Positions 56,667 to 64,000 of a stretch of DNA of 64,000 bases are shown piece by piece. Each line of letters starts with the position of its first letter. Position 1 is the first letter of the stretch. The notes under the pieces were generated by a model that made no database searches, was not told the origin of the DNA, and saw only the letters and a list, made by a program, of their open reading frames with translations. The stretch is taken from the NCBI GenBank assembly GCA_013265495.1, contig MU058718.1, forward strand, positions 2,108,001 through 2,172,000, in the 5' to 3' direction. Source of the DNA: Vicugna vicugna. Its lineage: Eukaryota. Made by a program: the position numbers and the translations under genes.

Positions 56667-59666
56667 CTGCAACAAAAAGGAGCAAAAAAGCCATAGGAAT
56701 GTGGTTAGGATATGGCAAGTCATGTTGGCATTTATAGTTTTCAATGAATTTTAGAATACAGTTGAGTACCAAATGTACTGAAATATGTTTTTTGCCAAAT
56801 AAATAATGGCTTTCTACAAAATTCAATGACTTTTATCTAATATCCTTGATTCTGTATCACATATTAGAAAAGAATACATACCACTCAGAACTAGTAGAAC
56901 TTGATTATCAGATAATAAGAATAACAACAACACTATAGTGCTTATTATGTATCTAAGACATGTTTTGTGTGTGTATATGTATATACGTATAATTATATTT
57001 ACACACACATACACTCAATTAATCGTCACAACAATCCTATCAGATAGGTTCTATTATCAACCCTGTTTTACAGATGGAAAACAGAGTAAAAAACTGAGCT
57101 TATGTAACTTGTACAGATGAAGTGAGGATTATAGAAAATGCTGTATCAAACTCAAAGCATTAGGTAGGTGTGCATTCAGCTTTTCTCTTTGCACAGACAC
57201 ACAGTTAATGGTACGGACTTGCAATGATTTTGTACAAGGAGGGCACAAGAAGATGTCCTATAGCACCTAAGCATCTCAAGAGTTTTATCTAGGACTTCTC
57301 TGTGGCTTCTGAACAGCACAACAGATAGAGAAACATATAACATCACCATAATAGTATTTCTTCCCTGTTCACCAGCTCGCTTCGGCTTTGAACTAACAAG
57401 GCATCCTAATATTAAATGGCAACACTTTACGCCCAAAGGCATTTCTCAAATAAAGGGAATATATGGGCTTAGAATCAGATGATAATTGTTTACAGTACAG
57501 GTCCCATTATGGGTTTAATATCTACTGTTCTAAGCTCCAATATTAAACGATCTTATTTATTGACAGATATCAGCAAACCACCCTTTGCATACTGGGTTAA
57601 AGCTTAGATTTGTTCTTTTCGATCTATTTCAGTACTAATTCAGTACATCTACCTTCCTTCTCTTGAACTTCCCAGTCTTGGCAAGTCATCATCACTATCA
57701 TATCGTCTTGGATTGTCGAAGAAGTATGCTCTGGAACTATAACTGTGACTATTTATCATGCCAGCAGGTGCCTGTGAACAAAGTATCAGATAGCATATGA
57801 AGACTGACTTTTCAGCTAAGAAAGGAGGCTGGGCTCTATAATGCTTTTTAGTCTTATACTTTGTAAAAATAGAAAATCAATATAAATGTTCCATTATTTT
57901 TAAAAATAAGGAGAACAAGCTTTATAGAATATTATGATATCATACCAAATTCTGGTTTAATCTCTGTGCCCGGAAAAACAGTACCACCGACCATGCTGGC
58001 ACGTGTTCCCACAGAAAGAGGACCATTCCAAATACTATATACTCTTCTCCACTTACGTCTTTTATATGGGCCTGTAAATAGAATATGGCAAAGCAATTCT
58101 AAAATCTGTCTTATGTATAAGAAATCACCCTCCACAATCTGTTTGCTTCACGTAGGGTAATTTAAAACAACTTACAAGTACGTAAAAGTCTAAATTAATT
58201 TTCCATATTTTGTGGTTTCTCATGTAATGGTATTTATCCTTTAAAGATCACAAAAATGCTTTGCTATTAAGCAGAATAAAGAGGTATTAACTTTTTCGAT
58301 GCATCAATTTATGAAAATATTTTAAATACATGGGTAGTGGGGTGGGGTTTTAGGCTCGCTCCATAGTCTGCGGAGAGTTAGAAAAGAGACTACTGGTTCC
58401 AGCTGCTCTGTAGGCAGAATAATAGCACTACCCCAAGCTACACCTGGAGAGAAATGTAACATGCAAGTCACTCAGCTCTGCCGCTACTTAAAAACATGCT
58501 TTTGGGCTTAAACTCCATGTTGAATGTGTTTCTATTCTAATAGATGTGGGGAGAGAGAAATGGGAGAAGGACAGAAGGGGATGTACCACATGGAACCACA
58601 TGGGAAAATTCCTTCTTAGAAAGATAACTGAAATTCTGAAAATGTAGTATTCCAGGAGGCCTTAAATTCAGCACAAGGTTAAATTAATATAAATAAAGAT
58701 ATGGCATGTACCTATGTCAAACTGTACTTCTAGAAAAAGGGCAGAGAATGCTGGAGGGTCAAATATGCATAGCCAGGGCATTGGGAGTTATTACAGAAAA
58801 TACCTGGACACCTAAGGAACTATGACTGCTCTCCCATTATCAAGACCGATAATGCCAGATTTTCGTAAGGGTCATACAACTAAAATGGAACCACATATTT
58901 AGGTTATATGTAGTTCTTATGTAAGAGAATTAATTTCATCCTAACAAATTAAAGACATAACCATATCCACTAGCTAATGACAGGCATCAACTTATCTAGA
59001 GATATTTAAACACCCTTTAAAAAATTAGTAAAATTGGTGTATGAACAATAGATTTAAGGCACTATTAGTATTATTTACAAAAAAGAAAAGAAAAATACTC
59101 CTTTGGGAGAGGTTCTTTCTGAAGAATGGTTTTAAGTGCCCCATGTAAATGAGGATTTTTAAACAGAACTTTAAGTATGATTACCAAGAGTAGGCAGAGA
59201 GTCCACAGAAGTGTTTCTCAGGGGAGGGTACAGATCAGTGGTAGAGTGCGTGCTTGGCATGAACGAGGTCCTGGGTTTAGTCCCAAGTAACTCCATTAAA
59301 AATAAATAAATAAATAAGCCTAATTACCCCCTCAATAAATAAACAAAAAGAAACTGCTACTTTAAAAAATAGAAAGAAGCAAAAAAAATTAAAAACAAAA
59401 AACAAATAAGCAAAAAGTTTTTAAAAAGTGTAAGTTAAACACTTAAAATGTTCTCCTAGTCAACAGCTAACTTCATTATCATACAATTAGATTGGCAATA
59501 GATGCTAGGTACTTACCTTCTCTGAAAGATTATCCCAGCCGTAATTAAATGGACTTTCTAATGTATCCTGAGATATGGTGATCACCACCAAATTATAGCA
59601 TGCTCTTGAAGAGTAGAGAAGAATGACTACAGAGCCTACAACAACAGTCTGGCACAGAGACATACC
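56492..59666 (-). CDS. GPR137C: GPR137C (integral membrane protein), last four coding exons; 5' exons lie beyond the right window edge
   Basis: Exons 59517-59666, 57946-58071, 57653-57771 and 56492-56666 splice in frame; contains the GPR137-family motif [15 protein letters not shown] and ends ...[10 protein letters not shown]. Confidence 0.95.
57653..57771 (-). CDS. GPR137C: GPR137C penultimate coding exon (119 bp)
   Basis: cacag|[39 protein letters not shown](S)|gtaga. Confidence 0.95.
57946..58071 (-). CDS. GPR137C: GPR137C coding exon (126 bp, last transmembrane helix)
   Basis: tacag|[42 protein letters not shown]|gtatg. Confidence 0.95.
59221..59425 (+). mobile_element. tRNA-Ala-derived SINE (Vic-1-like), more diverged copy
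   Basis: ggggagggtacagatcagtggtagagtgcgtgcttggcatg...ctgggtttagtccc, CCTAATTACCCCC motif, A-rich tail; no clean TSD. Confidence 0.8.
59517..59666 (-). CDS. GPR137C: GPR137C coding exon (150 bp, transmembrane helix)
   Basis: tttag|[50 protein letters not shown]|gtaag. Confidence 0.95.
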
Positions 59667-61974
59667 CTAAAAGAAAGAAAAATCATCATCACGATGCTCT
59701 GCACATTTGTCATGACAAGCCATTCCTCCATATGCAATAGAGTCCCCTCTTGCAATGTGCTCCTAGAAAACACTGAGTGAGTGCCTGTTGAAATAAATTC
59801 TTGATTATCTTGTTTCACAATTCCTATTCTTAGAACCACTTGTGTTTAAACTATCTTGTTCACACAAATAAGTTCTTTGCCAACTAGCCCAATGGCAGCT
59901 GGAGGAAGATTTTGTTCTTCCAAGGTTACCTTACTCCCTTAAGTAGTATAGGAATAAACAAGTTTGCAAAAGATCTGAGTTTAAATTGATATTAATCAGA
60001 GAGTTAGTTTATTCATAATGAGAAAAGAATAGGAAATAGATGCCATTAGTCCATTTGGTATACTTAATTTCCATCAAGATGCAAAATTAGAATAGAAATG
60101 CAACTCCTATGCTGCTATTTGCTTTGTTCTGTTACAGTCTATTAGAGACTTGATGCTGTTATGTTGATGACAAAATGACGGAGGCACCTAAAGGCACTTT
60201 CAAATCCAAAATATTTTAATCCCAAGGCTTTCTTTCACCATTTCCCCACATTTAGAAAGAAAGCTTTTGTAACTTAGTGGTTGTTCACTGGAGTATGCAT
60301 ATTAGAGAAGGGTGTGGTATCAACTTTTGCAGGGATTCTTAACCTGGGATATTTCAATACAGTTAGTTTCCTTTGTAATCCTATTTATCGTAAAGACATT
60401 TTTCTGAAAAGTGACACAATTGCCAAAGAGATCTATTGTGAAAAACACCTAATATGGTGTTTCAAAAGTCTGTGTTCTGGTTGTCACATTGATCAAAGGG
60501 CAATGATGGCACTTAGGGCACAAAGACCAGGGTGCAGGATGACCTACAGCTCACAGGAAAGTTCTCCACATGGGAAAATTCTTCTCTGTGTCCTCTTGGA
60601 CATTCATGAAGATGAAAAACCTGTTTATAATAATTTGAGCCAGAACCTAACTCTGTTTTACATATAAACAAATTTTGTGCTTATATAAATAGATGTCACC
60701 ATATCCAGAAACACATATAACATGTAAACTGAGGGAAATTTGTCCTTTGTTTTTTTTTTTTCCAGAACTTTTGTCAAGAATGGTCAAATATTTCAGAAAT
60801 GCATGAAACTGACAATATTGCTTGTAGTACGTAAGGGACCAAAGTGACACACCTATTACAGCCTGCTTTTATAGCTGTCTCATTCACAATTTCTATGTAT
60901 AGATACAAGAATCTGACTACTACATCGTGCCCCCAAATTTATACATTGAAATATTTATTAATTACTTTCCTTTCATTTCCTCTTTATATTACAATTAGGG
61001 CAACTGTATTGAAATTTTGAAGTTCTGTGTTTAGGTAAATTAAACAATCTATGAATTTCAGGATAGGAATACGTTATTAAAGTGTTCATGATGAGAAAAG
61101 TTCATTGGATTTGGTAGGATTGAGAACCATTATTATAACTAACTTCCTTATAAGAACAACACATTTTAGAGGTATATGAGAAGAAAGTAAACTAAAAGAT
61201 GAAACAGACCTTGAAAGATACTGGGATAGTAACAGAGTACTTTTTCTGAGCCAACCCACTACCACAGCAAAAAGTATGTGTGAAAATAAATAAAACCCTA
61301 GCAAGATAAATTTTTTAAATCAAGGCTAACATTTTCTATAGTGCACATTTTAATTTTTGTGAATTCCCCCAAAATGTTAATAGCTAATCTAAAAGCAATC
61401 CAGTTTCCATTTTAAAAGTGCTATATTATTAAAGAAAAGTTAGGTAACAAAAAAAGTTAGAATTTATATGTTGTAAGCATTACCATCCTTTAAAATAATC
61501 ATAAGTTTATAGTCACCGCTTTGAGAAATAAAATGACCTCCAAAAAGACTTAATATGGAGATATTGTGCTTACACTTGTAAATACTATAAAAACTACAAA
61601 AAATGTGCAAAGAGAGCAAAGAATAATATCAAAGCAATTAATAAAGCATCATTGTAGCCAAATGACATACATATAACAAAGAAAGAAGCCCACCAATTTA
61701 GAAAACAAAATAAGATTCTTCCCACAAAATAGAGGATTATAAAACAAAAGAGAAGGATTCAGTCACATGAAAAGTTAAAGAAAATCCTCCTAAATTGAAT
61801 AATCATAACAAACAATTCCATTCAGGAGCAACCCTCAAGGAATGATTCCCCCTTCCTCCACCTCTCACATGCACACACCAGTTTTTTAGAAATACCACAC
61901 TTGCCAAGTAAAGAAGAATTGCACTTCACTCCAGTATGTATGGCACTAACGAGTGCTCAAAGTTTACAGGTATT

Positions 61975-64000
61975 TTTAGAATGCAGTTATGTAGAAACCT
62001 CTACTTACCATTCACTGAGTTTTGACAAATGTGTATACAAACAGAGAACATTATCATCACTCCTAAAAGCTCCTTCACAGCCCTTCCCCATCAGCCAACT
62101 CCCCCAGACACAAATACTCTCCTGTTTTGGTTTCTACCACAACTTGGTTTTGCCTACTCTAGAACTCCATATAAACAGAATCATAGAATATGAATGCTTT
62201 TAAGGTATCATTCACTCAGCATAATGTTTTGAGATTTATCCACGGTGGTAGATGTATCAGTTGTGAGGTCTTTATACAGCTGAGGTGGATAATTAGGGTG
62301 ACCAACTCCTCTTCTTTGCTCAAAAATTTCCTAGTTAAAAAAACTGTTTCCTAGTTTTAGCATCCCAGAAAACTCAGTCCCAGGCAAACCAGGACAGTGA
62401 ACCACACTAGTTCCACTGTATAATTATATGAGTTTGTTTATATGAGAATTTGTTTATGCATTTTTTTTCTGCTTACAGTTTCTGTGAACATTCTTATACA
62501 AATCTTTTTGTGGACACATGCTTTCACTTCTTTTGGGAAAATACCCAAGAGTGGAATTGCTGGGTCATATGGTAGGTATAAATTCAGCTGTATAAGAAAC
62601 TGCCAGATCTTTTTCCAAAATGGATGTACAATTTTATACTTTCAACAAAGTATGAGAGTTCCAGTGGTCCCACATCCTAGACAACCTTTGGGGTTGTCAA
62701 TCTTTTTAATTATAGCCATGCTGATGGATGTTTTGGTTTTAATTTGCATTTTTCCAGATGACTAATGACATTGTGCTTATTAGCCATTTGTATATCTTCT
62801 TTGTGAAAAATCTGTTCATATCTTTGACTGTTTTCAAATTGGGTTGTCTTTTTTTTTTTAATTATTGAGTTGTAGGCAATCTCTATACGTACTGGCAATG
62901 AGTCCTTTGTCAGATACATATGTATTGCAGGTATTTTCTTGAGGTCTGTGGCTTGCCTTTGCATTTTCTTAGTCTTGTATTTTGATGAGAAATTTTAAAT
63001 GTTAATTAAGTCTAATTTATGAACTCATTCTTTTGTGGTTATTCTCAATGACCTGCCTAAGAAATCTTTCCTTATACCCAAGTTGTAAAGATAGTCTTCT
63101 GTGTTTATTTTTAAAAACTTTAGACTTCTTTTCAATATTATTTAGGTCTGTGATCCATTCTGAAATTTGTGTGTGTGTGTGTATGGTATGCAGAGGAGCT
63201 AGAGTTCATTTTGTTTCATGTGGATATGCAGTTGTTCCAGCACCACTAGCTAAAAAGATTTCCTTTCCTTCTGCATTGCTTTAGCATCTTTGTCAAAAAT
63301 CAAAAGACCGTATAAGTATGGACTGTTTCCAGCCTGTCTATTCTGTTTCACTGCTCTGTTTGCCTATGTTATGCCAGTAGCACATTGTCTTAATTACTGT
63401 AGCTTTATATGAAGTTTTAAAGTCATGTAGTCTAAGTCCTCTTCTTTTTCAGAGTTACCTTCTGTACTGTTCAATACAATAGCCATTAGCCATATGTGAG
63501 TATTTACCTATTTACATTTAATCTAAATTAAATTAAAAGATCAGTTCCTTTCGAGCACTAGGCCCTCAGTAGTCACATATGGCTAGCTAACACACTGAGT
63601 AGTGCAGATACAGAATATTTTCATCATCACAGAAAGCTCTATTGGAAAGAGCTACTTTTAAAGTATTTTAGGTCCTTTGCATTTCTATATAAATTTTAGA
63701 ATAAATGTGTCCATTTTTTAAAACCTCAAGGTAGAATTATGACTGGGACTGCACTGAATCTACAGCTCATTTTGGGGAGAATTGCTGTCTTAACAACACT
63801 GCATCTGCCAATCCATGAACAATGGTTTTCATTGATTTAGGTCATCTTTATTTTCTCTCAGGAGTATTTTGTAGTTTTCATTATAAAGGTATTGCTTGTT
63901 TTGAAAAATTTATTCCTAAGTATTTTTTAATGTTATTGATGCTATAGAACTGTGTTTTTTTTTGAATTTCATTTTCTAACTGATTGCTCCTTGTATGTAT
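61975..64000 (-). mobile_element. Old L1 (3'UTR and ORF2, antisense) running off the window, with nested hAT MITEs at ~62294-62409 and ~63462-63654 (MER3-like)
   Basis: ORF 62710..62964 (QATDLKKIPAIH...FHKEDIQMANKH) resembles L1 ORF2; gagtggaattgctgggtcatatggta motif; MER3-like aatagccattagccatatgtg. Confidence 0.8.

Overview
Mammalian genomic DNA, very probably camelid (camel/alpaca/llama), judged from five tRNA-Ala-derived Vic-1-type SINEs. It holds three spliced protein-coding genes in the order known from human 14q22.1. (1) The 5' part of PSMC6 (26S proteasome AAA-ATPase Rpt4), minus strand, exons 1-5 plus part of exon 6, at 1-4814. (2) The complete ERO1A gene (ER oxidoreductase 1 alpha), plus strand, 16 coding exons at 14125-49797 that join through GT-AG introns into 1407 nt = 468 aa plus stop. 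(3) The last four coding exons and 3'UTR of GPR137C, minus strand, at ~53830-59666. PSMC6 and ERO1A are divergent with separate CpG islands; ERO1A and GPR137C are convergent. The rest is intronic/intergenic DNA with L1, L2, MIR, MaLR LTR, Tigger/hAT remnants and microsatellites; repeat family names are from recalled consensus similarity, not a search. I found no convincing previously undescribed biological system. The best second-look items are a tiny twin-primed (5'-inverted) L1 insertion, a perfect 38-bp copy of an old MER33-like fragment on the other side of the ERO1A promoter, frame-preserving 12- and 27-nt exons inside the ERO1A Cys208-Cys241 loop, a palindromic MER53-like MITE just downstream of the ERO1A stop, and an in-frame upstream AUG in PSMC6.
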